Positions 52,301-63,987 of a stretch of DNA of 64,000 bases are shown here, piece after piece. Within the stretch, counting starts at the first letter, position 1; every line of letters begins with the position of its first letter. Origin of the DNA: Isurus oxyrinchus. Taxonomy: Eukaryota. The notes under the pieces are model-generated. The model saw only the letters and a list, made by a program, of their open reading frames with translations, searched no databases and was not told the DNA's origin. Location of the stretch: positions 1,054,001 to 1,118,000 of the forward strand of contig JANJGN010000150.1 in the NCBI GenBank assembly GCA_026770705.1, given 5' to 3'. A program made the position numbers and the translations under genes.

Positions 52301-55300
52301 AAAAGCTTTGACAGAATGTCTCCTTTCTCACCAATGCTCAGGTTCTGTGCTGCCAAGTGACTATAAACATCGTCTTCTGTAAATCAGAATCCTGAATACT
52401 CTCTCCAATGACTAACACATCATTCCTGGTACATGAATCATAGAAAGTTAGTATGCAGGTGCAGCAAGGTGTTAGGAAGGCAAATGGAACGTTGGTGTTT
52501 ATTGTAAGCAAGCTTGAGTGTAAAAGTAGGGATGCATGTTACAACTCTATAGGCTCTTGGTGAGACTGCATCAGGAGTACTGTGTACAGTCTTGGCTTCT
52601 GACATAGAAAAGATGGGCCGAATGCGCAGCTGTAGACTACTTGTAATTCTGTGTAACATTATCTGCAGGTGAGGAATACAGTGCAGTCTGTACATGTGCT
52701 AGTGTTGGATCTGTATCCAGTCCATAATTATATAAAGAGACTATTCAATTCTAGATTTTAAACCACATGAGTTTGCCCATATTAAATTCATTTGCTGATA
52801 TGGGCAACATTTATTGCCCATCCCTAATCACTCCATGTGCTGTAGGTACACCCACAGCAATGTTAGGCAGGGAGTTCCAGGATTATGACCCAGTGACAGT
52901 GAAGGAAATGACGATAGATTTCCAACTCAGGATGGTGTGTGGATTGGAGGGGAACTTGCAGGTGGTTGTGTTCCCATGAACAGATGCCCTTGTCCTTCTA
53001 GATGTTAGAGGTGATAGGTTTGGAAGGTGCTTTTCAAGGAGCCTTGGTGAGCTGTTGCAGTGCATCTTGTAGATGGTACACACTGCTGCTACTGTGCATT
53101 CAAGGTGGAGGGAGTGAATGTTGAAGATGGTGGGTGGGATGCCAATCAAGTGGGCTGCTTTGTCCTGGATGGTGTCGAGCTTCATGAGTGTTGTTGGAGC
53201 TGCACTCATCCCGGCAACTGGAGAGTGTTCCATCACACTCCTGACTTTAGCTCATTGGTTAATGTATTGATAATTTTGTATTTGAAAGATTCTCCTCGCA
53301 ATACGTCTGTCAGGATGACATGGGAAAAAGGAAAGATGATTTCTCTCAGTTGCTCCAGTGACGGGAATCCAGCAGTCCACAATTTCACCTGGTTTAAGAT
53401 CTCCCAAGGAAAGGTCATTAATCTGACACTCACTGGTCAAACTATTATGGTTCCTGATGGAGTCGATGAGGAAATCTCCTACTACTGTGAAGCAACAAGT
53501 ATCCTGGGCAGTTCCAAGTCTCTGCCCATTAGAATTCCCACAGAATGTGAGTAATTTTTTTATTTGTTCATGGGATGAAGGTCTCACTGGCGAGACCAAC
53601 ATTTATTGCCCATCCCAAATTACCCTGGAACAGAGTAGCTTGCTGTCCATTTCAGAGGGTTTTGAGGAATCAACCTCTTTGCTGTGGGTCTGGAGTCACA
53701 TGTACACCAGACCAGGTAAGGATGGCAGATTTCCCCCCCTAAAGGACATTAGTGACCCAGATGGGGTTTTAGCGACAATCGGCAATGTTTCCATGGTCAA
53801 AGTTAGACTTTCAATTCCAGATTCTAATTGAATTGGTTGGCAAGTGGACATTTGACACTTGGGCCACAATTTGTCCACAATTATCTGCTTGCCAGCCAAT
53901 CAGCACATTCTTCTCATGCAGTATTGTTGTTCCCTTTGAGATTTGGTATTCTTGCAATTCTGTCCTGATGAGTGAAAGATGAAAAGCTTTGACAGAATGT
54001 CTCCTTTCACACCAATACTCAGTGCCGGAAAAGGATGAATGATCTCCTCCGTTCCACCAGCGTAAGTCACCCTTTTCATCACTCCTAACTCACACACTCA
54101 CAAACACATCACACACCCACAGGGCCCTCACTCACTGCCAGCGCAAGAGATATCACCATTCACTCTCTCACTCACACCGTCATTGTCCACATCCCATCCG
54201 TAGGACCACTCACCACCCACACAGGTCAGGCATACTTATCATCTGGCCTGGCAGGCATCCTGATACACTCTCCCCATCTCTATCCATGCAGGACAAACTG
54301 GCTCACAACAGGAGGGGAAGGTCACAGACAGGTGGAGAGATGTCGGAGATCAAAGCTCTGACAGAATTGGAAAACAGAGTCATCCAGCTGGCCGGCAATG
54401 ACCGGGATCGGTCCTGTGCTGACAGTGAGTTCAGCGCTGCTTTCCCAAGTGAGGATCCAGAAGTGCAACATCCATCAAACAACCATGCTGTGAGTGATGT
54501 GTCCTCTTTCACAGGCCACTGCCATGCACTAATTAGCTCCCAATGCTTTCACAGACACATCTGGGAAGCAGCAGACAGAGTCCACGACCCAGAACCTCCA
54601 AGCAAGCTCCGAAGAAACCTCTGAAGAGGAATCTGAAGGCACCCTCCCTGAACTCCCCTCACAGCGCTCATCCTCACCCTCCATCAGCGCAGAGACACGC
54701 ACCTCGGTGGGACCTAGCTTTAGAGTAGCCTCTGGTGAGCACATCGCACTGTTTGATTCACAGCAGGCTGAGGCAGGGACCTACCAGGTCCCCGGCACTC
54801 GGAGGACTGCTGGAGGCCAGAACGTTGCTGAGTCCGAGTCGGATGATGAGCTTCTGACTCAGTAATGTCACAGTTGCTGGAGCTGCAAAGGCAAGCTGGG
54901 GAACATCAGGAAGGGATGTCCGCTGCACTCCTCAGATTGCAAGGCATGATGGAGGAGTCCGTCTGCCTTCAGGTTGAGGTGATAGTGCCAGCATGGCAAC
55001 GCACTGAGGTCAACACTGGCAGGATGACGGCCGCCATGGAGACCTTGGTCCAGGACGTTGCTCACGTACTGCTACACGGGTTTAACCCCATCTCTAATGT
55101 CATAGTTGGCCTCCTACAGTGTTCAGGTGAGAGGGATGCTGGGCAGCTCAATCTCACTCTACCTACACCCCATCTCTCATCCCCATTGATGTCCTCCTCA
55201 TCAGAGGAGACCTCCAGCTCCTCCATCTCCTCCTCAGCCAGCTCCTCTCCCAGTTGCAGTGCCTGGTTGTAAAGGGCGCAGCAGACGATGACGATGTGCG

Positions 55301-58300
55301 ATACCCTCTGCGGACTGTATTGCTGGGCTCCACTAGACTGGTCCAGGCACCGCAACCACATCTTCAGCATCCCGGGTCTGTGCTACCAAGTTACGAGTTG
55401 CTGCCTGAGCCTCATTATAGCGTCGCTCTGCTGCAGTCTGAGGCCTCTGCACGTGTGTCATCAGCCACAACCACTGCGGGTAGTCCTTGTCCCCAAGGAG
55501 CCAACCCTGCAGCCTCTGTGGACCCTGGAAAACTGCAGGGATCTGAGAGTGACTCAGGATGTAGGCTATGTGCGCACTCCCTGTAAACCGTGTGCATACC
55601 ACAGGATGTGTTGCTGCTGGTCACATACCAACTGCATATTCAATGAGTGGAAACCCTTGTGGTTGATGAAGTCCACTGGGTGTAGCGATGGAGAACTGAG
55701 CGCCACATGAGTGCGGTCAATCGTACCCTGCACCTATGGGAATCCCGAGATCAGGGCAAATCGAAAGGCCCTTGCATCCTGGCTGTCCGGGTCCCGGGCA
55801 AAATGCATAAAGTTGTTGCCATGGAGAAGATGCATCCGGGACCTCATGGATGTATTTGTGGGTGGAGAATTGTGATATCCCACAGAGGTCGCCTGTGGAG
55901 CCCTGAAAGGAGACACTGGCAGAGAAATTGAGCACCACGGTCACTGTCACAGGCACTGGCAGTGGATGCCCTCTATGTTCCCTTGGTACAGTAAGTGGCA
56001 GATGTGAGCCAACAGGTCCCTAGACATGCACAGACATCAGTGACGCTGGTTCTCAGTCATCTGCAGGAATGACAGGCGGTGTCTATAGACTCTGGGTGTC
56101 GCTAGGCGCTGACCAGTCACGGCTCACTGTCGCTCCTCGACAGCGTATGCGAGACCTCCACTGCCCCTTCTTCATGAGGTTGCTGTTCCTGCCTTTGTGC
56201 GGCCAGGAGCCTCAGTCACTCTCTCCTCCGTCTTCTACAGTCTCCATGGACCATCAGGCACACAGCTAGGTCACCAGGGTCCATCATCCCGACATGGCCC
56301 TCCTGCACCATGAAAAAGAGAGAGAGAGAGACTTGGTTATCGTGGCTGTACTTAGCACCTTTCCTGGCCCTGTGTGACTGCCCCTCAATGCTTCCCGGGA
56401 AGTGCTGGTCACCGCTTGGACGGCCAGAGATGAGTGCGCTGCATGGCTGCCCCCTCAACCCGTGACATGCGGGACACTGGTCCAAACCGAGATGCTGAGA
56501 GACCTGAGAGAGTTTTGTCTGTGGAAGTCAGAGGCTTGTAACATCAAAGCAGCTGTAAGCCTACACCTGTCTGCAAAGGAACCAAAGTGAAAGGAACCTC
56601 ATTTGGAATTTGTGAGGTTAAAATGCTTTGCCTGGTGTCTGCTTAAAGTCTATGGGTTGTCTTAGAGGAGATTAGTTTGGGAATTTGATAAAAAGTTTTG
56701 ATCGTTGTAACTTTTAGCCATGTGTCTATATTTAACTTGTTATAAGTTGGTAAATTTAGTTTGATATAAAAACCTCTAGAGAACCGGTGGTCTTATTCCT
56801 GAATTTTGAGCTGCATCTCAAACATTCCACTGGGAAATATAGGTTTTAACAGTTGTTTAAAGTTCCCCTCTGGGATTTTAAACCACAGCTTTTACCAACT
56901 GCTGTATTGTAACATCTATAAATGTTACATAGATTACATCGATAAATATTATATATAAATATTACAAAGATTACATCGATAAATATTACATATAAATATT
57001 AGATAGGTTATATGGAAATGCAAGAAGTTTATTCATAAATTGCTTAGAAATTCCTGAAACTCTCAACAGCCAATGAAGCAGTTTCGAAGTGAGCTCACTG
57101 TTGTATTGTTGGAAACGCAGCTACTGATTTGTGCACAGCAAGATTCCAACAATCAGCATTGTGATAATGAACTGATAATCGATTATTTTAGTGAGGTTAG
57201 TTGATTCATACAAAGAGATTACATTTAGGAGGTGGATCACTAATAACCTTTTAGGGAGGGAAACCTGTCTGGGTGTATATGTGACTCCAGTCTCAAACAC
57301 CAATGTAATTAACTCTGACCTGCCCTCTGAACTGGTCTCCCAGTTTGGGACAAACCAGTGGTTCAGGAGGAAGACCCCCCACCACCTTCTCAAGGGGAAA
57401 CTAGGGATGGACAATAAATGTCAGCATTGCCCGAGAATGAGTATTTAAACATTGAGTGAGTGTATCGCTTCTCGAGATACATCGGAGCATCATTCTAAAC
57501 CTGTAGTGCAGTAATTAATGGCTGTTTTTACAGGTAGAGACTGCAGTAAATGGACAGTAGGATTGCTCACGGCTGGGATCATGTTGAGTGTTTTCCTGGC
57601 TGGAATCTTCATCTTCATCTGTGTGAGAAAGTAAGTCTGAAGATTTAACTTGATTTTAATATAAACATTTGCTTCAATGTTCTTTCCTTAAGTCGGTGAT
57701 TGTTTCCCTTGGGATCAGCACCAGGTCCCTCTCGGTAAGTGGTCCCTGTGTCCACTCTGATCCGGAGAGAACCTTTCATTGTCCTGTATCCAGGTAAACA
57801 ATCACGAGACCCAGAGATTCCTCACTCTGCACGATTACTCCGGGATAAACATTTGCTTCAATGTTCTATCCTGAAGTCGGTGATTGTTTCCCTTGTGTTA
57901 AGCGCCAGATGCCTCTCCGTAACTGGTCTCTTTGTCCCTTATGATCCAGAGAGTGTTTTTCATTGCCCGTTATCCAGATGAATAATAATCAGTTGCTGTG
58001 ATCTGGAAGGTGCTGCCTGAAAGGGAGGTGGAAGCAGATTCAATAGGAACTTTCAAAAGGGGAATTGGATAAATACTTGAAGGGGCAAAATTTGAAGGGC
58101 TATGGGGGCAAGAGCAGGGGTGGAGGGGGGGTCAAAGATATGGCATGTTATTATAATGATATTATACCTTGGGCTTATTTACTGTACAAGACACAAAGCA
58201 CCAATCGCACACAGGGATTGGGTGAGAATGTTATGGGCTCATTTATCAAGAACAGTTATACATACGGATAAAGCTTGGAGGCATCAGAGCTGTGAGTGTG

Positions 58301-59747
58301 TGCTCTGCTCAAAGCAAAAGTGAAACTAAGATTGGATCACATGACACACTTCCATTATAGTGATGTCACGCTGATATCCCTTATTGGAACTAGAGACAGT
58401 CCAGTCATTGGTGTAAGGTTACAGTGGGCTTTGTGTCTGTGCTGCACTGACTCTCTGCTATATGATAACCACAGTGTGATATTGTGTTATTGCAGGAGAA
58501 AGACAGCGATGGAGGAGAGAGTTTCAGGGACCAGAGACATTGCATTGACCCCCAGTCCACTCTCTGTGAAGCACCAGGTACAGGAGCTGTTTACACTCAC
58601 TCCAAAGCTTCAACCCCAGTGTGTAGACAACACGTGTCCCAGATTCTCAGCCAGGTTACCCACTGACTTCTAACTGTGGAGTCAGCAATGGCTCAGTTTT
58701 TAGCATTGTCTCTTGCTCTCTCTCTCTCTCCCTCAGTCTCTCTTTCTCCAGAAACCTGAGCACAAAAATGCCGATACATCTGAGGTCAGCACTGGGGGAG
58801 AGCAACACAGAAGGAGAATCAGTACTGAGGGTGTGCTGCACCATTGGAGGGTCAGTAATGAGAGAGTGATGCATTGGAGAAGGCTCAGTACTGAGAGAGT
58901 GCTGCACTGTCAGAGGGTCAGTACTGAGAGACTGCTGCACTATCGGAGGGTCAGTACTGAGGGGGTGCTGCACTGTCGGAGGGTCAGAACTGAGGGAGTG
59001 CTGCACTGTCGGATGTTCAATACTGAGGGAGCGCCGCACTGTTGGAGGGTCCATATTGAAGGAATGCTGCCCTCTCGAAGGGGCAGTTCCAAGGGAGTGC
59101 CGCACTGTCAGGAGCCAGCACTGAGAGAACGTTGCATTGTTCAAAGTGCCATCTTGCAGAACAGTTGTGTAATGCTGACCATGTTTACCCTCTCAGGTGG
59201 GCATATAAGATCCAACATTATAGCAGTGACACACTTCAATAAAATTCCTTCATTGGCGTGAGGTGTTTTGGATGCCTGTGTTTGTGATGAATGGAGCACA
59301 AATCTCACGATCCAGATGGTAACTAGGACTTCCAGACTCAGGTGCGCAAGAGAGAGAGAGAGAGAGGGAAAGAGAGAGAGCGAAAAAAGGGTTAAACCCA
59401 CTGAGCCACGACTGACACTAACGAGGCTGCACAATAATTTAACCCTATCAGTGCCAGTAAATGATGTGAGGATGTCTTCTGTTTCCATTTCTCTGTAGGA
59501 TGAACAGAACATGCTGATTACTGAGCCCCGGGACACAACCAGAGACACAACTAGTGAGGGGCAGACCCCAGCTCCCCGGGGTCTCTCTGAAAGTCCAGTG
59601 GGAGGCGATGCTGGACATGGGAACCCCGACAAACCCGACGACCTTCTCTACGCCAACATCAACTTTTCAAAGCTGCCCAGCGGTGACAGGACTGTGCACA
59701 GGAGCGAGGACACGGAATACACACTGATTGGATTCCAGAAAAACTGA
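40353..59747 (+). CDS. Gene B: Siglec-family (CD22/MAG-like) inhibitory receptor, about 716 aa with 6 Ig domains if the defective repeat exons are skipped
   Basis: Exons of 46+357+288+4x258+97+82+249 nt give 717 codons including the stop: signal peptide, V, C2, repeats, TM, ITIM and ITSM-like motif. Confidence 0.82.
40730..41165 (-). mobile_element. CR1/L2-like LINE fragment
   Basis: MEYKRRGVLLQMYRALVRL..CVQFWSPY. Confidence 0.8.
41219..41575 (+). CDS. Gene B V-set Ig exon (Siglec-type, essential Arg replaced by Tyr)
   Basis: ttcag|..|gtaagt; GW..SSCVVIPCSFDFP..GRAKIIGDLEGKNCSVRIDSLRAEDSDVYYFYVD. Confidence 0.92.
41705..42770. repeat. 33-bp minisatellite, about 32 units with internal higher-order repetition
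   Basis: Visible; the variant block gttagagtgtcaatactgagggg recurs at about 41960, 42225 and 42555. Confidence 0.92.
43400..43860 (+). mobile_element. CR1/L2-like LINE 3' end
   Basis: LGLFSLEQRRLRGDLIEVYKMM..RTGGH..RRNFFTQRVV and an atgggctgaatggcctccttctg tail. Confidence 0.85.
43947..44234 (+). CDS. Gene B domain 2 (C2-set) exon
   Basis: ttacag|..|gtaagt; DVPDKPVI..CKCLDTCPDNHPNLTW..SALLTFNPSFKHHGRTLRCTCDYP. Confidence 0.9.
44290..44700 (+). mobile_element. CR1/L2-like LINE fragment
   Basis: agaaggctgagggggtgacctgatcgagg..aggagaaacttctttacccagagagt. Confidence 0.7.
45420..45677 (+). CDS. Gene B Ig repeat exon a
   Basis: 258 nt, phase 1-1; SPHNTSV..LSCSSDGNPAVHNFTWFK..YYCEATSILG (CD22/sialoadhesin-like C2). 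Confidence 0.88.
46093..46134 (+). ncRNA. Minimal type I hammerhead-ribozyme-like motif
   Basis: ATTCTGTC-CTGATGA-gtgaaagat-GAAA-AGCT-TT-GACAGAAT: 8-bp stem I, both core boxes and a palindromic stem III. Confidence 0.6.
47136..47187 (+). pseudogene. Gene B repeat b: truncated pseudo-exon
   Basis: Only the first ~50 nt of the exon remain, fused to downstream intron sequence; the donor is deleted. Confidence 0.85.
48210..48467 (+). CDS. Gene B Ig repeat exon c
   Basis: 258 nt, AG/GT intact, open frame. Confidence 0.88.
48883..48924 (+). ncRNA. Minimal hammerhead-like motif copy
   Basis: Same motif, with a gtgaaaaat stem II region. Confidence 0.58.
49908..50166 (+). pseudogene. Gene B repeat d: frameshifted exon (259 nt)
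   Basis: An A6 run instead of A5 at 49944-49949 leads to a stop at 49979-49981; this could be a homopolymer sequencing error. Confidence 0.65.
50574..50615 (+). ncRNA. Minimal hammerhead-like motif copy
   Basis: Same motif as 46093. Confidence 0.58.
51607..51864 (+). CDS. Gene B Ig repeat exon e
   Basis: 258 nt, AG/GT intact, open frame. Confidence 0.87.
53289..53546 (+). CDS. Gene B Ig repeat exon f
   Basis: 258 nt, AG/GT intact, open frame. Confidence 0.87.
53957..53998 (+). ncRNA. Minimal hammerhead-like motif copy
   Basis: Same motif as 46093. Confidence 0.58.
54025..56500. mobile_element. Decayed PIF/Harbinger DNA transposon (HARBI1-like DDE nuclease on -, Myb/SANT partner remnant on +)
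   Basis: Minus strand: GSAHIAYIL..GWLLGDKDYP..WLMT..AERRYNEAQAATRNLV and LKMWLRCLD..YSPQRVSHIVIVCCALYN. Plus strand: KLAHNRR..QTGG..LTELENRV. Both are frameshifted. Confidence 0.8.
56500..56914. mobile_element. Probable LTR 3' fragment
   Basis: AT-rich, loosely similar to 32500-32750, ends ..ttgtaaca. Confidence 0.35.
57534..57630 (+). CDS. Gene B transmembrane exon
   Basis: (C)[32 protein letters not shown]; 2 nt differences from the gene A exon. Confidence 0.9.
58496..58577 (+). CDS. Gene B cytoplasmic exon 1
   Basis: [27 protein letters not shown], phase 2-0. Confidence 0.82.
58785..59110. repeat. Degenerate 33-bp minisatellite
   Basis: Paralogous to 30500-30990 but more decayed. Confidence 0.8.
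59499..59747 (+). CDS. Gene B last coding exon with ITIM (LLYANI) and ITSM-like motif (TEYTLI)
   Basis: tgtag| open frame to tga; the tandem tyrosine motifs resemble those of CD33-related Siglecs. Confidence 0.9.
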   Translation, partial: DEQNMLITEPRDTTRDTTSEGQTPAPRGLSESPVGGDAGHGNPDKPDDLLYANINFSKLPSGDRTVHRSEDTEYTLIGFQKN

Positions 59748-60037
59748 GTGTGAAACAGGGAGCGGGGCTGTGGGGTGTGTGCAGCCAACATGGCCAAATA
59801 GTAATGAACAGAAATATGATGTTGCTCAATTTTTTTTATCAGTTCTGAGTGAGCTTTCTGAATGCTGCACCTTTTTCCATGCTGTAAAAGATTGTGAGAA
59901 GCTTATGAATTATGTATAATTTTACATCTGTTAATACAAGGTGAGGTGAGAGTGACTGCCTTTGACATCAAGGCTGCATTTGACCGAGTGTGGCATCTAG
60001 GAGCCCGAGTAAAACTGGAGTCAATGTGAATCAGGGG

Positions 60038-60950
60038 TGGTATGAAAATCCAATAACTTTCATAATATTTTTCTGGTTTGTTGTAAAGTAGGTTTATGGG
60101 TGTGAGTGTAGATGGGTCTGTCTGTGTGGTTTAATTACATCTGGAGTCAGGTAGACTATAAGCTTGAGATTATCAAAAGAAGCTAGGTGTAGAAATGTAC
60201 TGGAAATGTTGAAATGGAGGCTGTCTCAGCATGTAAGGTGTGAAGAGAATTTGCATTTTTAGATAAGTTAAGGGATTGTTTGGATTTCAAATGCACGCTG
60301 GTCTGTTTACAACTATCCTGATAAGCAAGGCTGAGGAGTGTTTTAATTTTTCCCAAAGTTTACTGACAATATTGGCAACATAAAAGTTATTATATTATTA
60401 GAAAGTTACAGTTCCAAAGACATATAAACAATCGAATTTACACATCAAAGAGGGAGAAACACATTTAAAGGAGAATGAAAGGCTATGTTGGGGGCCATGT
60501 AAGATCTAACAGGAGTGTGTGAAACAGGCTTGAAGAAGCCTCCAGGCATTTGTGCAAAAGTTTGTTATATTCAGTAAATAAAGTTGGAGAAACCCGTTTA
60601 GAATTCCAGTGTCAAGTGTGTGCTGTGCTAACTCGCTGGGTTTGTTTTTAATCTAAAATCTTATTTTGGACTGTTGCCTTAAACGGGGTATGTAACTGGG
60701 AGTCAGGTTAATTAGGAATGTTAGGATTTGTTTTAGTAGTAACTGCTGCCTTAGATACGTGCTTGAAATCTTTTATTTTGTCAATAAATATTTTAAATTA
60801 GTTTTTAAGATCTCTAGATGTCTTCATCGATTAATTTCTCCTGAATTCAGTACATGCATCTCGTAATAAATATAAATTGCAAAACTGTTGTGATAGCACA
60901 ATCAAGTTGCCATTGTGGATTTCGCACACATCATCTGCCATGTCATAAGG
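60038..60950. mobile_element. Probable solo LTR (paralog of 31838-32751)
   Basis: Same insertion point, tcagggg|tggta. Confidence 0.5.
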
Positions 60951-60959
60951 TGGGGGGGA

Positions 60960-62010
60960 AACACTCAGCTGGTTCGATTCGTACCTAGCACAAAGGTTGT
61001 GGTTGTTGGAGGTCATTCATCTCAGTTCCAGGACATCACCGCAGGAGTTGCTCAGTGTAGTGTCCTCGGCCCAACCATCTTCAGCTGCTTCATCAATGAC
61101 GTTCATTCTATCAGAAGGTCAGAATTATGGATGTTCGCTGATGATTGCACAATGTTTAGCACCATTCGTGACTCATCAGATACTGAAGCAGCCCATGTCC
61201 AAATGCAGCAAGACCTGGCCATTATCCAGGCTTGGCCTGACAAGTGGCAAGTAACTTTCATGCCACACAATTGCCAGGCAAAGACCATCTCCAACCAGAG
61301 AGAATCTATTAATTTCCCCTTGACATTCAATGGCATTACCATTGCTGAATCCCCCACTATCAACATTCTGGGGGTTACCATTGACCAGAAACTGAACTGG
61401 ACTAGCCATATAAATACTGTGGCCACAACACCAGGCCAGATGCTGGGAATCATGTGGTGAATAACTCACCTCCTGATTCCCCAAAGCCTGTCCACCATCT
61501 TCAAGGCACAGGTCAGGAGTGTGATGGAATACTCCCCACTTGCCTAGGTGGGTGCAGCTCTCACAACAGACAAGAAGCTCGACACCGTCCAGGACAAAGC
61601 ATCGCGTCTGATTGGCACCTCATCCACAAACATTCTCTCCCTCCACAACTGACGCACAGTGGCAGCAGTGTGTGTACCATCTACAAGATGCACCGCAGGG
61701 GCTCACCAACACTCCTTAGACGGCACCTTCCAAACACATGATCACTACCATCTCGAAGGACAAGGGCAGCAGACACATGGGAACACCACCACCTGGAAGT
61801 TCCCCTCCAAGTCACTCACCATCCTGACTTGGAAATATATCACCGTTCCTTCACTGTCGCTGGGTCAGAATCCTGCAACACCCTCCCAAACAGTTCTGTG
61901 GGTGTACATACACCACAGGGACTGCAGCAGCTCAAGAAGGCAGCTCACCCCCATATTCTCAAGGACAATTAGGGATGGGCAATAAATTCTGGCCTAGCCA
62001 GTGTCAGTGA
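60960..62010 (+). mobile_element. Decayed CR1-like LINE, RT region
   Basis: GVAQCSVLGPTIFSCFIND..MFADD..ILGVTIDQKLNWTSHI. Confidence 0.85.
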
Positions 62011-62419
62011 ATGAATACAAAAAAGAAGCAATTAAAATGCCCTGACATTTCTGTACATTTTTATCAAATTAAATACGTTCTCTAGTGAATAATTCCATTC
62101 TCCAAGGCACCACTTCCTGTAGTCACACGCCCTTCTGATTATTTAAATTCCTGTGTCATTGGTAATGGAACATTCCCATGTAAACATGTCACACTGTAAT
62201 TACAGCCTCCTGCCAGTGGTGGTGCTCTAGTGTCCTAGTTTTGCTTCTCAGAGACTGGAGGAGATCGATACGTTGTGTTTACAATATGAGTAACACTCAG
62301 GGGTGACCAGGGGGATTCTTTCGGCCAAGTTTATGATGTTGCTAAGATACAATGGCCCCATGGGATTTTTCCTACTGCGTTTACAAGGTTGAATTGAAGA
62401 GATTTTTGAAGTGTCTGGC

Positions 62420-63480
62420 ACAGTTTTATAAAGGTCCCCGCACTGCGTTCAGGTCTGGGGCCTGCAGCTTAGGAAGGATATATTGTCCATGGAGAGGATG
62501 CTGTACCGATTCACCAGAATGATCCCGGGGCTGAAAGGGTTAAATCCCAAGGACAGGTTGCACAGACCAGGCTTGTGTTCCCTCGAGTCTCGAAGATTAA
62601 GGGGTGATCTAATCGAGGGGTTTATGATGATTAAAGGCTTTGATATGGGCAATAGAGAGAACGCAGCAGCTCATTGAACTTTGTCCAGCGCTGATGGGCT
62701 TGTATTGCACTCACCACAGCCGCTACTTGAACCCAGGCCCTCTTGGTTGCTGCAGGATCATTACGGTGACCAGCCGAATACAGGGCTGCTCTCCTCTTCT
62801 GGATCTCTTCCACCAAAACAGGAAGGTCCTATCAGGAGAGCACGGAGCAGCTGGACCCAGCCATTTCCCAGCGTCCCCGCTGTGTGACATTCTATCAACG
62901 GAAAGGTAAGGTGAAAAGGGTCACGGTCCATTCAGATTACAAAGCTCCCGTTGACTTTTGTGTGCTTGTCCACACGAACCATTTTCACTGCATCACCAGT
63001 GATTACTGGGAAGGTTTGGTGGAGAGACCGGCTCTGCATGAATGCTCGGTGCCGGGCATGTTGTGGCTGTGACTCTGTGGGAACACGCGGTGCTCCGTCA
63101 CCACCCACAGCCCTACCAGTTTCCTCCCTCTGACTCACGCTGTTATGTCGTGACAGTGAGCAGCTGCGAGGGACCTGGGCAAGGGTCAACAGTGTGGGCA
63201 CCTGCTGATGGACGGGTGGCAAGGGGGCAAATGGATGTGATAATGAGCATGGCACTGTCCATCATTCGTCCACCCTCTGAGTCTTTGGCAGCTAACCACA
63301 TGACTGCAGAATATCTGTACCAGCGAGTGGTGGTGGGACAATGCCAACTCCGAGTCTGTGTCTTGTGAATCCATCTCATGTTTTCACTTAAGCCCACAGA
63401 AACCCACAGGAAACCCACAGAGTGACAGTCACTGGGAAAGACACTCGCTCCTTGTGGCTTCACGTTTTAACCATATCCTG
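62420..63480. mobile_element. LINE fragment plus Harbinger-like Myb/SANT remnant (duplicate of 34230-35300)
   Basis: Near-identical ORF translations at an offset of 28185. Confidence 0.6.
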
Positions 63481-63944
63481 TCTGAGTGTCTCAAATGTTA
63501 AACACACCAGCCATATTCAGGGAGGTTTCACTCTGAGAANNNNNNNNNNNNNNNNNNNNNNNNNNNNNNNNNNNNNNNNNNNNNNNNNNNNNNNNNNNNN
63601 NNNNNNNNNNNNNNNNNNNNNNNNNNNNNNNNNNNNNNNNNNNNNNNNNNNNNNNNNNNNNNNNNNNNNNNNNNNNNNNNNNNNNNNNNNNNNNNNNNNN
63701 NNNNNNNNNNNNNNNNNNNNNNNNNTCTAGGTGTGTGTATGTGTGTTTGTGAGAGAGAGATTCTAGTGTATGTGTGTGTGTATGTGTTTGAGCATGTGTG
63801 TGTTTGTGTGTATGAGTGTGTGCCTGTATGTGTGTGTGTTTTTGTGCGTGTGTGTGTGTGTGTGTGTTTCTGGTTGTGAGTATGTGTGTGTGTGTGTGTG
63901 TTTGTGTGTTCGTGTGCAGTGTTTGTGTATGTTTATTTGTTGTA

Positions 63945-63987
<43 letters not shown>

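Larger units (their letters stand above)
44700..54020 (+). repeat. Gene B tandem exon-intron array, six units of about 1.7 kb containing antisense CR1-like fragments
   Basis: Exon starts at 45420, 47136, 48210, 49908, 51607 and 53289. Confidence 0.92.

Noticed and set aside
55062-55960. Domesticated HARBI1 gene
   Set aside because: It is broken across several frames with degenerate catalytic motifs, consistent with a decayed transposon.
16-59747. Assigning gene symbols SIGLEC1, CD22 or MAG
   Set aside because: Family membership is clear, but orthology cannot be set without phylogeny and synteny; the domain counts come from recent local amplification.
1992-63724. N runs (about 1992, 7605, 21807, 24246, 25644, 35348, 38040, 63540)
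   Set aside because: They are gaps or masked tracts located where CA/TG repeats are expected; not biological features, but they limit certainty about repeat number.
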